Shown: piece after piece, positions 27,703-42,062 of the stretch
Layout: the number at the start of each line of letters is the position of its first letter
Numbering within the stretch: position 1 is the first letter of the stretch
Assembly (NCBI GenBank): GCA_965113315.1
Contig: OZ220363.1
Strand: one strand, 5' to 3'
DNA length: 64,000 bases
Origin: Podarcis vaucheri
Lineage: Eukaryota
Program-made: the position numbers and the translations under genes
The notes under the pieces: generated by a model
What the model was told of the DNA's origin: nothing
The model's input: the letters and a program-made list of their open reading frames with translations, nothing else
Databases searched by the model: none

Positions 27703-28494
27703 CCCATGAAAGTTGAATTAGAGCTGAATGACTTCTGCACTAGGCAGCAGTGTTTTGGGACACTTCAGATAGGAATGGCTATGACTGAGTAATGGTTAGG
27801 GGATAGGGAGAAAGAACCAGAGATGGCAGCATGGTTTCCATGATGGAGATTGGGGAGCAGCTAGGTTCTAAGTAGGACCACAAAAGAATGACCTCATTTA
27901 CCTTTATAAGGGGACAGGAATGAGCACAAAAGTGGGCACTTACACATTACCTCCTCGGCACACTGTTCCGGTGCAAACTATTGGTGGGCAATTTCAAGCC
28001 CGCTGCTTCCCTTTCTTGTGGATTTTAAGCTTTAAACCAAGCAGCCTTTCAAATTTGAGGACTCCTTCAAACAGAGGACTGTCCTTCCATAGCCCTTCAA
28101 ATAGAGATCTCTCTGCTGTAAAGTAGGACGCGTGACCCATCCTTATTGGGACATCAATGCATCAAGTAAGGCTGGTCATGTTCAATGTCTGGGGGGGAAA
28201 TACATTTGCTTTTCAGCCAGGACAAAGAGTTCTAAATTCTAAAAAACCTGCCAGAAACTTGCATGATTTTAAGCCTAGAGTTTATGCATTGATGCAGTTG
28301 TCATGACAGTTAGGGATGGGATGAGAACCGAAATAAGGGATGCTCATCTATTTGAGTAGCCCCATGGAAAACACAACTCAGCAGGGCACAGTGAGCAGGC
28401 TACCCATCTGGATTCTGCTCATGCCACACTGCACTCTGCCACCTGCCCTTTGGGGACGTGATATCAGGCAGTGGAGGACTGACAAAGACAGGAT

Positions 28495-28761
28495 TGTTGA
28501 CGTTTAGTCGTGTCTGACTCTTCGTGACCGCATGGACCAGAGCACGCCAGGCACTTCTGTCTTCCACTGCCTCCTGCAGTTTGGTCAAACTCATGCCTGG
28601 TAGCTTCGAGAACACTGTCCAACCATCTCGTCCTCTGTCGTCCCCTTCTCCTTGTGCCCTCAATCTTTCCCAACATCAGGGTCTTTTCCAGGGAGTCTTC
28701 TCTTCTCATGAGGTGGCCAAAGTATTGGAGCCTCAGCTTCACGATCTGTCCTTCCAGTGAG
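28495..28761 (-). mobile_element. BovB (RTE) LINE, 5'-truncated
   Basis: Encodes KLRLQYFGHLMRREDSLEKTLMLGKIEGTRRRGRQRTRWLD; 12-bp TSD CAAAGACAGGAT (28483-28494, 28762-28773). Confidence 0.95.
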
Positions 28762-29831
28762 CAAAGACAGGATATTTCTCCTTTATATCAAATCAAATCC
28801 TTTGGGAAATAATGGTCACAGCGTTTTCTACCACCCCAAGGGAAATGATGCTCAGAGCATCATTTGCAGCCTATGAGAGAGCAGAAGTCTTCATTGGACC
28901 CCTCAGCCACTTGTGCTGTCTGCTGATTGGTGGCTACAGCAAGCCCATTTGAAGATGTGCAATCAGCCAAGGACTTTACTAACTGCCCCATCCCACGCAA
29001 TACCCTGCTTTCAGGTCACCAGCACCTCTCAAAGGGCTAAAATGATTTTGGAGAAAGCACCAAGCTTCTCACCTATCCTGGATAACATTTGCAATATTGC
29101 CTATAATTTGAACATCCTAAAACATTGGCATTACATAAGAAGGGCTGTTGTCCAGCGTTTTTCTTATATAAATTGTCCCCAGCATCTTCAGTTAATACAA
29201 CTAATGGATTTTGTGGATTGGACAAGGAAGGTATCAACGATGGTTTTCTAGAGATTTCTAGAATAATAAGCAAATATGGGTTGCAGCAATTCTTTCCCTA
29301 TGTTGCAAAAACATGAGGGGGAAAGATACAAATTCTTCATATTGCTTGCTGGTTTGCTTGTTCTCTTTGTCTGTTGTGTCCTGTTTTGAGTGACCCTGCC
29401 CCCCTGGCATGTGTTGTAAGTGTTGGAGGTTTTTTTGTATTTTGTTAAAAGGATAAAAGATACTAGATTTTATAAAAGGAGAATTCTCTGGATGCCTAGA
29501 GCTAAGTTTGGGACAAGGACTCTGGTGAGGGAGCCCCAACAGAGATTTGAAATCACAAAACATGCAGCAAAGTAAAGCCAACCTTTAAAATAACCTCTTC
29601 TAAGTTGCTTCCAACCTTCTCCACTTCCCTTAGCATAGAAAGAGACCACATGTTTGGTAAGTTAAAAATGATTTACTTATGAACCATTCAACTGTCAGAT
29701 TCATGCTTTTCCATACAGCAGAAAGAGGTTCCAAAATAGTGAATGTTTCAAAATTATTCGTATAGAAACATAGAGAGGTTCACTTAAGCCATACACTTCC
29801 TTATTTGCTGGGTTCACATGATGGAAGTGAG

Positions 29832-29977
29832 CAGTGCCTTTTGCGATGGCACAGGGGTATGCATACCCCTAAACATTTTGTGAATCTAAGTTTGGCTTCA
29901 TTGAGGGACAGTATTTCAATATGAGTAGGAAAATGAGAGTACCCGTAAACATTTTTTTTTAAAGAAAAAAAGCACTG
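29832..29977. mobile_element. hAT-like MITE
   Basis: TIR CAGTGC(C/T)TTTT / AAAAAGCACTG; 6/8 TSD GAAGTGAG/GTAGTAAG. Confidence 0.65.
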
Positions 29978-31554
29978 GTAGTAAGAGAACAAAGAGTTTG
30001 GTAACCCTTTCTCCTAAGGTGAGGGGGAATGACCTATCTGAGGCTGGCAGGACAGCTTACTCTGTGATCTTAACCCCTCTGCATTAACTCTTTCATGCAT
30101 TAATTAGACATAAGCACGTTGATTATATGAGGCTGATTTATCCTACTAATTTACTGATAGGTAAGTTTTGATATTGCTTTGGTCTAAATGAGATATTATA
30201 AAAGCTTACTGAATAATCATGAGAAATGTAAGGGCCATAGCCGTTGTTAGTCATATTCAAGCAAGGCCCACTTTGTCTGATATCATCCTAAGACTGAGAT
30301 CAAAAGTGATATACAGTATTAGCCATATTAATATAAGACTTGCTTGAATCTAAAATGTTTTATGTTTAATGGGTTTTAAGGTTTCTAAGATACTAATGTT
30401 GTCATTTTTAATATGTTTAGATATTGTTTATGATGTGACTGTGTCATTGTGATTGTGGTGGTGTATTATTGATTATCTGCAGAATAAATCCATATTTTAA
30501 AATGCATCAAAAGCGCTGGGGGAAAGGCCTTCAATCTGTCCTATGGAGCAGCACTGGGCTAAGTAAACCAATGGTTTTATTCAGTATAAAGCGGCTTCAC
30601 TATTCCTGGGACAAACACGTAAATCTGATGTAATTCACAGTCCTTACTGTGGCCATGATTTGGGCATCTAGAAATCAAATATTTATTTAGCTTCACTGTA
30701 ATCGCCTTCCCTTGGAGAAATTGTTTCAACATGGAGAAACAGTTTTGGAACTTGCTTCCATTTTAAGCTGAGATAGAGAAGGGGAAAGAAAAAAAAGAAT
30801 TTCCATAAATCCACCCGTATAATTTCCATAAGACAGAGCTGCTGACAGGGAAGGTGAAATTTCTTTTTCTCTATCAAACAGGCTGAACTTCATTTGCCTT
30901 CCCTGCCTTGTTATGTCTCCTTATCCCCACAGCAGATTATTTTAAAACAGTGTTTGAAAAGTCACCTTTGGGAACAGACAAATTATCCATTCTGTTATGT
31001 CATGTTCTCAAGGAGACTCCGCTACAGCACTTCATTTGGGCAAGAGAAGAAGCCCTGTGCCAAAATAAATGGTCTGTTATTTACAGACATATTTCCCTAG
31101 TGCTCCTCAAAGGGCTCATTGAAGCTGAAATTCCATCTGTCCCAGAGGTTGCAAAGGTGCAGCATCCCATTTGCAGAATGACGCAGATGAGTATTAAAGT
31201 AACAGCCTGCATATCATTATATATAATTGTTAACTATAATTATAATACTTTATTTCTCTATCTCTCCAAATTGCCACCTGCTATAATTTTTATTCTGGCA
31301 CAATTTTAGTCATTTTAGAGGTGCAGATCACCTGTGCAGAATAATGCATATGCCTGCGGCAGGGGGGCGGGGGCTGGGGGGGGCTGGGGAACCACCCCAG
31401 GAAGACTGTAATAATGGTTGCCCATTCAGTACACTCATATTGGGAAGTCACCCCTGCCTGCATAAGCTAGTGTGAATTGCTGTAAAAATGGCTTCCAGGT
31501 ACTTACAGCTGAGTGTGCTTTTAAAAGAAGAAGCTGCAGAAGGAAATTATTATA

Positions 31555-31774
31555 CAGTGGTACCTCAGGTTACAGGCACTTCAGGTTACAGACTCCGCTA
31601 ATCCAGAAATAGTACCTCAGGTTAATAACTTTGCTTCAGAACAGAAATCACGTGGTGGCAGACCGGCGGCAGTGGGAGGCCCTATTAGCTAAAGTGGTAC
31701 CTCAGCTTAAGAACAGTTTCAGATTAAGAATGGACCTCCAGAATGAATTAAGTTCTAAACCCTAGGTACCACTG
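31555..31774. mobile_element. Tc1/mariner (pogo/Tigger-like) MITE, same family as 14197
   Basis: TIR CAGTGGTACCT / AGGTACCACTG with TA TSD. Confidence 0.9.
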
Positions 31775-31856
31775 TATAAAATATTACGGGACAAACAGCT
31801 CCACATCAATTTCAGAATTGCCTGAAACCTCCAGCGGTGAGGAACCCTTTTGGCCT

Positions 31857-32103
31857 GAGAGCCAGTGTGGTGTAGTGGTTAAGAGCGGTAGTCACGTAAT
31901 CTGGGAAACCGGGTTCGTGTCTCCGCTCCTCCACATGCAGCTGCTGGGTGACCTTGGGCCAGTCACACTTTGAAGTCTCTCAGCCCCACTCACCTCACAG
32001 AGTGTTTGTTGTGGGGGAGGAAGGGAAAGGAGAATGTTAGCCGCTTTGAGACTCCTGAAAGGGAGTGAAAGGCGGGATATCAAATCCAAACTCTTCTTCT
32101 TCT
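31857..32103 (+). mobile_element. Squam3-type SINE
   Basis: Box A/B, CORE segment, (CTT)n tail. Confidence 0.9.
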
Positions 32104-32477
32104 GAGGGTTGCAGTCATTGGAGACCTTCTAGTGGTTCCATGCCAGCTGTGGGTGGGACCAGAGGCAAAAGTGGGTGCTATAACCCATGCAAATTTTATC
32201 TTTGCACAATAGTTGACATTCCAGTCCAAGGTTTCAGCATGCACACCCACACAGCCCTCTTCATTCTCCATCCAGGTGTGCAAGAGCCATTGTGACAGTT
32301 CAGTGACATGTTCCAGCCAGGCCAAATGCCTTGAAGATTGCAGAGCAGGGCTGGTAAGAGATGGGCTTTGGGAGTGGACGAGTGGCCTTGGGAAGGAGCA
32401 GGGCTGGGGAGTCCTGAGGTGCCAAACAGAGAGGCCTGGAGAGCTACGGTTGTTGCATGGGCCTGAGGTTCCCCAAC

Positions 32478-32800
32478 ACGCTATGCATTTAAGGCACTAT
32501 GATGTCACGTGAAACTGTCATGGCTTCCCCCAGAGAATCCTGGGAGCTGTAGCTTGCTAATGATGCTGAGGGTTGCTAGGAGGCCCCTATTCCCTTCCCA
32601 GAGCTAGAATTATCAGATTTAACAACCAGATTGGTTTAACAATCTTTCTTCACAGAAAACTTCTGGAATTGGAGCTCTGTGAGGGGAATAGAGGTATCCT
32701 AAAAACTCTTAGCAAACTAAAGCTCCCACAATTCATTGGGGGAGCCATGACTGTTTAAAGTGGTACCACAGTGCTTTAAATGTGTGGTATGGATGTGGCA
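32478..32800. mobile_element. Fold-back MITE (PIF/Harbinger-like)
   Basis: Long imperfect inverted arms (GTCATGGCTTCCCC / GGGGAGCCATGAC; CCCCTATTCCC / GGGGAATAG). Confidence 0.6.
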
Positions 32801-34907
32801 AGTCAGTCAGTTGCTAGGCAACATTTGGAGCTCGCAGCATAAAATTATCAGCATCCAGTTGCCCTTCAGTGTTACAAGTTACTTTAGTTACTAGCATGCT
32901 GGTTAACGGATGCTTGTGCCTACTCAGGGCTGTTTGATATTTGGCGCTAGGTCAGGTTTGTATCATAGAGGAAGGGAAGCTTTAACCTTTTGCCCCTGCC
33001 ACAAACTGAATCAAAATTTCCTCCTCCCCCCCCCCACCTGTTATTTGCAAGTTAGATACATCCCTTAATATACAAACTGTTCCTAACTGCAAAATGGCTA
33101 CCCATTCTTTCTCTGCATATATGGATTCATTTTATTTTTGGACAGAATCTTCCACTCCCCCCCCCACTGTACCCTCCCCACATCTTGAGCAAGCTCCATC
33201 CTGTCCATCTATGTAAATCTTACAGCAGGAATCTCAACCATTTCTGTCTCTCTTCTGCATTTGTTAATTAAATCTCTCAGTCTTTTCTTTTCTTTTTCTT
33301 TTTTCATTTCCCCCCGCCAGTTTTAAGCTCTGCTGGCTGCGTGTGAGGCTCTTGTTGTCAAATGTAGAGAAAGAGGAGGGATGGGTAAATGTGGAGAGCT
33401 GGGATAAATGCAGACCCCTTTTGTGGCTTTTAATGGTCTGCACAAATAACTGCAAAATATGTCCATGGGACTAACACAAGGCAAGCTTTCAACATAGAGA
33501 TTCTTCCCCCCTCACACAACACATGACAGATGTGAAATCATCTGTCATGTGGCATCGTCAGTGTGCATGGTGTGTAACAGAATACAAGAGGAGAGGCCCC
33601 TACCCCAAGGAGCTTACAGTATGGCATTTGATGCTTGGGAAACAATAGAAGGCGGGGAGGTAAGTGGACACGGGGCAAAGGGGAAAGCAATAGGCAGTTG
33701 TTTCAGCTCTCTGTTCTCAGGTTTACTTCAGGCTGCAATTCAGCAAGGCATGCCTGCACACTTTATGCTTCTGAGCAGAGCAGTCCTATCGTTCTGCTGC
33801 CACCACTGAGACTCTGTGGAGTGGCTGAAATACCACCACACCCACAGCCCAGCTGCTCATGGAGGCAGCAGGAGTACGTGGGTGGGGCAGGTAGATAGCA
33901 CTAGTTTCAGGCTGGGCCCAGATCAGGCCCCCTGTCTGCCAGCAGTGGCAGTGAGAACAGCTAGGGATCCAGTGGATCCCAGGCCAGCTCAGCCCCGCTG
34001 TTGGGTTGCCCTCTTGTAGGGACCAAGCAGCCTCCACTGGCAGGGATACCACTTTTGTTGGGTGGGAGACTGCAGTCGAGGCTCCTGCTTGCCTGTCTGG
34101 TGGCCGGCCAATTGACCTGGCTGGAGAGAGCGAAGAGATGGATACCTTTGTTCAATCCAAAACCCTGACGACCTTGTTTAAGGGGGGACTGGATTGCAGC
34201 TAGGCAGTGAGCAGTACTCTGTTTGAGATGCATCCTAACAAGGCTTCTGTATCAAAGAAATAAATACCTAATGATTTCAGGCTGCACATATAAGCAACTA
34301 TGATATTAGTCATCCCTTTGCTTTTTGGAAATGTGTTTGCAGATCATTACACCCAACTGAAACACCAAAATGTGAATAAGGCAGGCTCATTTATGAGGTT
34401 CCTACTACTCTGCGGGAACAAATAGACAGCTAAACTAATAGAAGACATGGAGAAGGATGAAGAAGCACCTCCTGGTACTGTTCTATTTTCACATCTGGAA
34501 GACAACATGTTTATCATCATTATAGTCAGAAAATTCCACAGCTTAACATCTCAAGACCGGCGTTCCTGTTCTTTCGTTGGAAAAGTGAGAGAAAGATGAA
34601 GAACCACAGTGGAAAACTTGACTGCCTAGAAGCAAATGTCTCAAAGACCATCAAGCCACCGCCAAGGTCTCTGTTTCTGCAGGAGAGCCACCTTGCAGAC
34701 CCTGACGGTGTTATCCCCATGGCTTTTAATTTTCCACTTTGGATGACTTGATTAATCTCTCAGCTGGTCATCCTTGGACACAAACTGTGCAGAGATCAGC
34801 AAAGATTGTCTTAGTCTGTTAATACTGAAAAGTTTCTAGATATTAATTATGCTCCTCAGAACCAGCACTGCTGGGCTCCAAAAGCTCACCCTACTGCTTT
34901 TCAGCCC

Positions 34908-34950
<43 letters not shown>

Positions 34951-34952
34951 TC
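34908..34952. repeat. (TTTC)n microsatellite
   Basis: Directly visible. Confidence 0.95.
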
Positions 34953-35372
34953 CCTTCCTCCCTTATTTCTTAAGTCACCCCCTAAGGAAGTTAATAAACA
35001 ATTCTATTTGGAAAGAATTGTCCAATATTTTCAGAAGTCAAGCCATCCAGTTTTTCCCCACTAAGGCAAAGCCTGCAGATGCCAAGTAAATGAAACCTCC
35101 ACTATTGAAAGGAAGGCAGAACAGGGAGGAATAAAAATGCAAGAAATAACAAGCAAAGCACAGTTGCTGGTTCCCTTGATGCAGTTCCTTCAGCTACTAC
35201 CAGGAGCAACATGGATGCAGTCAATACCATACAAGAGGAACTTCCAAACTGTGGCTAGCAAGGCATGAACCGGCTAACAGCCCCTCCTGTAACAGTGGTG
35301 GGAATATATAGAGGATGAAGTACAGTACTTTTCTATGCACTGTGAAACTTCATTCATTCATTCATTGCATTT

Positions 35373-35515
35373 CATAAATTACAGAATTGTAGAGTTGGAA
35401 GGGACCATGAGAGCCATCTAGTCCAACCCCCTACAATGAAGGAATGTTTTGTCCAACATGGGGCTCGAACCTATAACCCTGAGATTAAGAGTCCCAGTCT
35501 CTACTAACTGAGCTA
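35373..35515 (-). mobile_element. tRNA-Lys(CTT)-derived SINE with CR1 tail
   Basis: Minus strand TAGCTCAGTTAGTAGAG..CTCTTAATCTCAGGGT..GGTTCGAGCCCC fused to GGGGGTTGGACTAGATG..CCCTTCCAACTCTACAATTCT; appears nested in the tail of the adjacent SINE. Confidence 0.8.
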
Positions 35516-35723
35516 TTCATTTCTCATCTGTTTCTCCAAGGACCTCAAGATGGCAGGCATGGTTCCCCTCCTGCTCATGTAATCTCCACAACAGCCCTGT
35601 AAAGTAAGTTAGGCTTGCAGGCAGTGATTGGCCCAGTGTCACCCAGCAAGCTCCATGGCCGAGTGGGGATTTCAACTCTGGTCTCCCAAATCCTAGTCTG
35701 ATGCTCTAACCACTACACCACTA
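35516..35723 (-). mobile_element. Older Squam3/MIR-like CORE SINE
   Basis: CTCTAACCACTACACCA head end; CORE motif ACAACAGCCCTGTAAAGTAAG. Confidence 0.7.
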
Positions 35724-35806
35724 CTAGGGCTTATTATGACCTAATGGATTGACAGAGCCATGTATTGGTTATCATAGAGATCCATGGGTAGGTGGACTGA
35801 TTAGAG

Positions 35807-35939
35807 CAGGCTTTCCCAAACTTGGGTCTCCAGCTGTTTTTGGACTACAATTCACATCATCTGACCGCTGTCGTGCTAGCTAGGAATGATGGGAGTTGTA
35901 GTCCAAAAATAGTTGGATCCTCACATTTGGAAAACCCTG
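35807..35939. mobile_element. Palindromic hAT (Charlie/URR1-like) MITE
   Basis: GGACTACAATTC..GATGGGAGTTGTAGTCC arms, CAGG..CCTG ends, TSD GATTAGAG/GAATAGAA. Confidence 0.8.
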
Positions 35940-37189
35940 GAATAGAATGTGGGATGTGGTAATTTTTTTGATATGTCAGGGGTCTAGCCAGATGGTGGAC
36001 ACTGGGACATCAGGGTGGAGGGAGTCAATAAATCCCCCCTCCCCAAAAAACCCACAAATTCCTGACTCAAAATGACTATTTTGGTTTTTTAGGAAGATAG
36101 TTTGAATTGGAAGCCCCAAAAACAAATTCCACCCCATACACTTCTACAATAAGACAGAAAGCTTTTTGTATTTCAGCATGTGTTTGGCTGGACCATTAAG
36201 GTGTCTGCTGCTGTGATTTGTTTTATAGAACTGTATTTTCTTATATTCCTTATTACTCTTGATAGCCTTCTATTGCTATCAGTGCCTCTACTATCCCTCC
36301 CTCCCCTGTGTTATTTTTCTTCATTGCTAGCCATAGTTAAGATTGAAGCACTTTCTCCTGTAGTGCAAATACCTTGGAACTGCAGTGGAAGTTCTCCATG
36401 CTATTATTAGGAGGTTGAGAGACCTCTCGCTTTACACTAAAGTTGTAAAAGTGGTCATAATAGATGTTGAGTCCATTTGTCTGGATTGTCCGGCATGATT
36501 TGTAATCCTTTGGCAGGAATTGTTATTATATAAAATGGTTGTATAAATCTGTTCCATGACTTAGGGAAATAAGAAATGTAAAAATACGTCCAGCTTCTTA
36601 GTTCTTGACAGAAGCCCAGGAACAAAATTAGTTTGGGGGGGGCGTTTTCTCAGCTGGCTTTGCATCCAGATCACAGTGTGAATCTACAAATCTATGCCAG
36701 TTCTGCCTGTGGGATGACTCCATGCCCATAGATTGAGAAGTGCACAGGCAGTTTTATTGGCCTGAACCATTTTTTATTCTTTTGATGTAATTGTCAAGTG
36801 CAACCAAAAGATCCAAGTAGTGCAGCCCAGTCTAGAACCCATCAGGGGTTCCTGGTAGCCCCTAAATTTAGGGAACAGGGTTTCTGTTTTTGGAAATCTG
36901 ACCATGTCCCAGTATGTGGAGTGTTTCACACCATCCGACCACATGGCGATCACCACTCAAGTTTGCTGCTGCAAACTTTGTAGAACGATGCCACAAGAAA
37001 TGGAAGTGTGGAGCAAACAAACTTTGTTTAATCCTTGTTTAATCCTGAGCAATGTTTAGTACAACTGGGGGGTGGGATCTCAAAACGCTACTCCCCCAAC
37101 TCATGACTGCTTATATAATAGAATTTATAAAAGCAGAAAATGACCACTAACAGCTGATTTGTTTGTTACTTCAGAATTGCTTGCACTGT

Positions 37190-37450
37190 TTCCAATTCTT
37201 GTCAAAACTTTGTATGATTCCCAGACTAGCTTGAAAAGCTCAAGCTAATTAATTCAGGATGGCCATATCCACAATCTGATGTACCATTCTCTTGAGCCTA
37301 GGTATATGATTTGTTTTCCAATACTTTGTGCAAACAATTCTAGCTGTCATGATCATATAAAAGTGGAGAGTCTCTTTATCCCTTTGCCACCTGTCTTTTA
37401 TCATACATTTGCAACAATACCTTGGGGGCAATGGAAATTTCTTATTAACT
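37190..37450 (-). mobile_element. L1-clade LINE ORF2 C-terminal fragment
   Basis: FYMIMTARIVCTKYWKTNHIP..IVDMA matches the L1 AARxxxAxxWK pattern. Confidence 0.55.
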
Positions 37451-39448
37451 TTCTTGTTTATTGCTGTTAGAATTTATTTCCAGGAATTATTTTGGTTTGT
37501 TGACATCACCACCAACAGAGGTGTCACATTTTCAACAGCTGTCAGAATAAGCATGCAAAGTCTTCAGTTTCTTACTGGAGTTCTATACCATTGTACCATA
37601 AGTGTTTCCCCCCTACATGTGGTGGCCATTTCACATAGGTTCAGTGTGACCTGGGAAGGCGTTAAGTGTATGTATGTTCTGTTGAGCATCCTGATGTATC
37701 TTTAATAATGAACTTACTCAACCACTATCCACAGCCATCTTGCTTGAGGCAATATTGCAACGGAGCTACCCTTGGATTTTTGTGGTTTCATTCCTTGTGG
37801 AAATGGGAAAACAATGTCCCTCCAGCTCCCTCCAGTCCCAGCTAGCATGGCCTCTGCGAAAGGATGATGGGAACTGTAGTCTACCAACATCTGGAGGGCC
37901 ACAGATGAGTCTTTGAAACATGGGGGATTGGGTGGGGCTTGGCAGCACACTCTGGCTGCCCCCTCACACGAGTGCTATCACGCACAGAAATGAAACAACC
38001 AAACAAGGCTAGTGAATCGTAAGAAGGACTCTATGAGATCAGACCAAAGATCTATCCAGTTCAGCATTCTTTTCTCACAGTGGCCAATTGGAAACCCACC
38101 ATCTAGACATAGGCACAATAGCATTCCTTCTCAGGCAACAGGAAATTCTGAACCGTCTGCTTGGAGTGCCAGTAAGTCTGTCACAAAATTTTGTATCTAA
38201 TCTCCTTTACTAAACAAGGGGATTGCTGTAAATTATTTTCACTTCCTGCAGTTTTGTTGGCGTTGCATGTAATGGAACAAAATGAAACACAACGACCCCG
38301 AATCTCATCTTTGTCTTAGCTAAACCTCCCTGGAATATAGATGATTTCCTCTGACACATCCTTTTACTATTACAGAAAGTAAGATTAAGGATAATTTATG
38401 TTCATTTTTGAAATAAGTAAAACTCGTCTGTAAAATTGTAGATGCCTCTGAATGTACCTCAAGGAATGTGACACCAGCAGTTATATAATTTTATTGCTGA
38501 TGTTAACTCTGTGACAAACTCTCAGCTACAGTTTGTAGAGAACGTCAGAAAATGAACCTTATGAATTTTAATGTCTTTTAACTTTGGACATTGATGTATG
38601 TTTTGTACAGCTGCACTCTTCTTTGTGCTGACATAAATAAAAGGTATCCTTAATCAAACATTTAAAGAGTGTTGTATTTTCAGAATGTTATTTTTTAAAG
38701 AAAAAATCAGCTAGAGGTTGCAATCAGCCATAAATATTTAGTGTGCCTGCTCTAATCTCAATCATTTAAAAAAATATCAAAGAGGCCAACTAAAAATGCT
38801 TGTATGTCTGGCTGGCAGGTCAGAACTGGTGTGAAAGCAACTCTTGAAAGCTGAACATAATGAAAGCAAATTGCATCTTCCCAGCTAGTAGGTAAGTCTC
38901 CCTAACGATAATGCTCAAACTGCTTAGAGGTTATTCAGACAACTGAATTGGACTGTTGAGAATTTGAGCAGAGTACATCCATTCTGATTTCTATACAAGG
39001 TGAAGTGGTCATAGCGAGCTTACAACTTCACTGACATTTTTTGCTCAAGTGACCTTTGGGAACTCTTTGATAAATGATCTGCAAACCAGGTTTAAAAAAC
39101 CCCCAAAAGCACAAAGCTACTACTTTACCACATGCCAAACACAGCATAGTCCCATGCACTCAACATGCCCATTTTACCAAGTGAATTATCACCTTTAAAT
39201 TAGAGTAAGTCATGTGCTTCTTTGAAGTAAGTGGCCGGAGAACTGTAGGTGCGGGCTGCATATGGGTTTGTGGTATTTTTTGCAGCTAAAAAATGAAAAG
39301 GACATTATAGGGTATTCCCCTCACAATAAGAGGCTTCTCCATGAATACACCGCTCAATAGTATTTGACGTTTCCCTAAACAGAAGATGTAAGCCTACTAA
39401 ATATAGACTGTAATGCTATGCATTCCTTCTTGAACTGAACCGGACTTA

Positions 39449-39800
39449 AAAAGGTAAAGGGACCCCTGACCATTAGGTCTAGTCGTGACCGATTCTGGGG
39501 TTGTGGCACTTATCTCGCTTTATTGGCCGAGGGAGCCAGCGTACAGTTTCCGGGTCATGTGGCCAGCATGACTAAGCCGCTTCTGGTGAACCAGAGCAGC
39601 GCACGGAAACGCCATTTATCTTCCCGCCGGAGTGGTACCTATTTATCTACTTACACTTTGGCGTGCTTTCGAACTGCTAGGTGGGCAGGAGCAGGAACCG
39701 AGCAACGGGAGCTCACCCTGTGGCGGGGATTCGAACTGCCAACCTTCTGATTGGCAAGTCCTAGGCTCTGTGGTTTAACCCACAGCGCCACCCCGTATCC
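39449..39800 (-). mobile_element. Sauria SINE
   Basis: Full-length head and (ACCTTT) tail, homologous to 12903. Confidence 0.93.
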
Positions 39801-41934
39801 AAATAGAACTTACTTCTGCATAAATGTGAAAGGTAATCTGAGCCTTTCTTAATCTTATGTGAATTTACAATCTGCCCTTAAACTTATTGTTGGTTAAGAT
39901 GCTGCTGTCTCGTGAAATAAATGAATAAAAACAAGTAGGACTCTGGGAAAAGAATCATAGAGGGAAGGGGCAGGTTCCAGGGTAGCTAGGAAGGGATTCT
40001 GAGACTCTTGACTCCAAATTTGTTGGCATATATTTGTCTTGAATGACAATGGGATGCACCTCTGGGGGCAACATCCAACCTATCCTGTACTTTGTTACAA
40101 AATCCAACTGTTTGATGCATTGTTTCTCGATCGAACTGGAGTTCTTAAGCTGCTCCTAATGCATTTGTAGGTAAGGGGTAAACAACTTTGCACAGGGTAA
40201 AGATATCCTGGCTGGTCAACACTCCTTGGGGTGAACCCAAACAGAAACTAATCTGACACTAACAAAGCTGTGCTGATGTGAACAGCTGGAGAGGAAAGAA
40301 TTGTACAATGCCTGAGCTGAGAAGAACAACTGCACTGTAAGGTGGTAATGTGAACAGACCCTAAGACCCCAAGAGAATAGCAAGAAGGTAGACTGGACCC
40401 ACCGTTTAAAACAAGTAGGTAGGTTGGGCCTGCCACAGTGGCCTCTCCAGAATTCCAACCCTGCCTATATGCTTCTCTATCAAGTAAGTTACATCAAGAT
40501 CTGTGTGTTAAGGGTAGAGACACTGGCCCCGCCTGCCCCAGCACAAAATTCTTCCCTTTGCTAATTCGGAGTTGGGACAAAAGCTGTGTTGCTCTTGCTT
40601 GCTGTGGTGGCTCCTGAATTATTGGGGTATGATAATGGACCACACCAAATTTTCCAGGGAGGGGAGAAAGGCTCTCAAAGTGTCATCTTGGCCCAAGAGG
40701 GCTCCTTTCACAGCTAGATCTTTTTCAAGTCCCATTTTAGGCCTCTGTTAAACTGCAGAATAAGTATTTTTGCACAACTTCCTTGGCTGGAAAGTAAAAA
40801 AAAAGACCCTCTATAGGACCGGGCAGTATGGGTTGTTCCTCTCCTTGTTCATTTACAGCATGACACTTTCAGTCTGAAATGGAAACTTTTTAAAGGATTT
40901 TAAACTAGATTTTTTAATTATTATTTTAAAAACATTTTAAAATATCTAATATAGGAAGCTGAAAGATGCCATAAGTCATTGGGATTTTAAGTAAGGGGAG
41001 GGGTGTAAACCATGTAATTTTTTCCCCTTCCAAGAAAGACTCGTTCTTGCAGTTTCTCTATATGGCATTTTAATTTAGGTGTCTTTTTGTGTAGTTTCAA
41101 AGAAACTGCTTTCATCTAAAGATAAGGCAAAGAAGAAAAGTGTATTCATTGAACAAGCACCCAATTCTTGTTATTACTAGAAAGGAAGCATTATCAAAAT
41201 CTAACTTGGAAAAAAGGAGTAAACAAAGATATAAGAACAGTAAATTTGCTTACATTTTCAGTGATGAAACAAACAGTGAAGCTCGTGAAAGAATAAAAGA
41301 GACATAATCAGCATTATCATGTAGGTAAGACAAATGAAATAAAGGATAAAAGCTTTCCTTTCTTCTCTGCGTTTGATAATGTGAAGAGGAATTTTCAGAT
41401 ATCCTTGACAATTTTCCTCCTAATTAAAAAAAGTAATAGAAATGAAACAGATGGAGCCAATTTTCATAGTTGAGATGGAAGCTAAGGAGGTGATATTAAT
41501 TTATGTAGGAACATCGTTTCAATGGATGTGTACTTTACATAACTTGGCTTATGTAAACTTTTTGATACAGGGCTGCTATTCTTTTAAAGAGCTTTTTGCC
41601 CACAACTGAAAAGCATTCCTAAATATGTAAGCTCAATGCAAAATTGGCATGTCCTTATTCCATGATGATACAACATAAACCCTACAGACTGTATCAGAGG
41701 CAAAAACAGATCTGGCTACATGATTATTATTATTAGATATAGGAGGGTTATTTCTGTCCCTTTACAACTATGTAGGTAAAGGTGGCGTAATATTAAAGTT
41801 TGGGCTTCTCTTGTAAGTTTCTTTCTTAAATATCCAGCCCCAATCTTCCAGGTTGGAAAGTTTTCAGTGGTGCTACCCAGGAGACGGAAGAAACTGCAGA
41901 TAATAGGACCAGGGAAAGTCTGCTCCCTCTATAG

Positions 41935-42062
41935 CAGGCATGAAGAACCTTTGGCTCTCCAGAAGTTGTTGGACTACAACTCCCATCATTCCTGGCCACT
42001 GACCATCTTGGTGGGGCTGATGGGACAGCAACAGCTGGAGGGTTAAAGGTTCTCCATGCCTG
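41935..42062. mobile_element. Palindromic hAT MITE
   Basis: CAGGCATGAAGAACCTTT / AAAGGTTCTCCATGCCTG TIRs. Confidence 0.75.

Noticed and set aside
34006-34203. Possible terminal exon (..SEEMDTFVQSKTLTTLFKGGLDCS*)
   Set aside because: GC-rich region with several overlapping ORFs; no family recognised
41095-41310. 70 open codons after an AG (FQRNCFHLKIRQRRK..)
   Set aside because: A-rich composition explains the open frame; no recognised homology or partner exons
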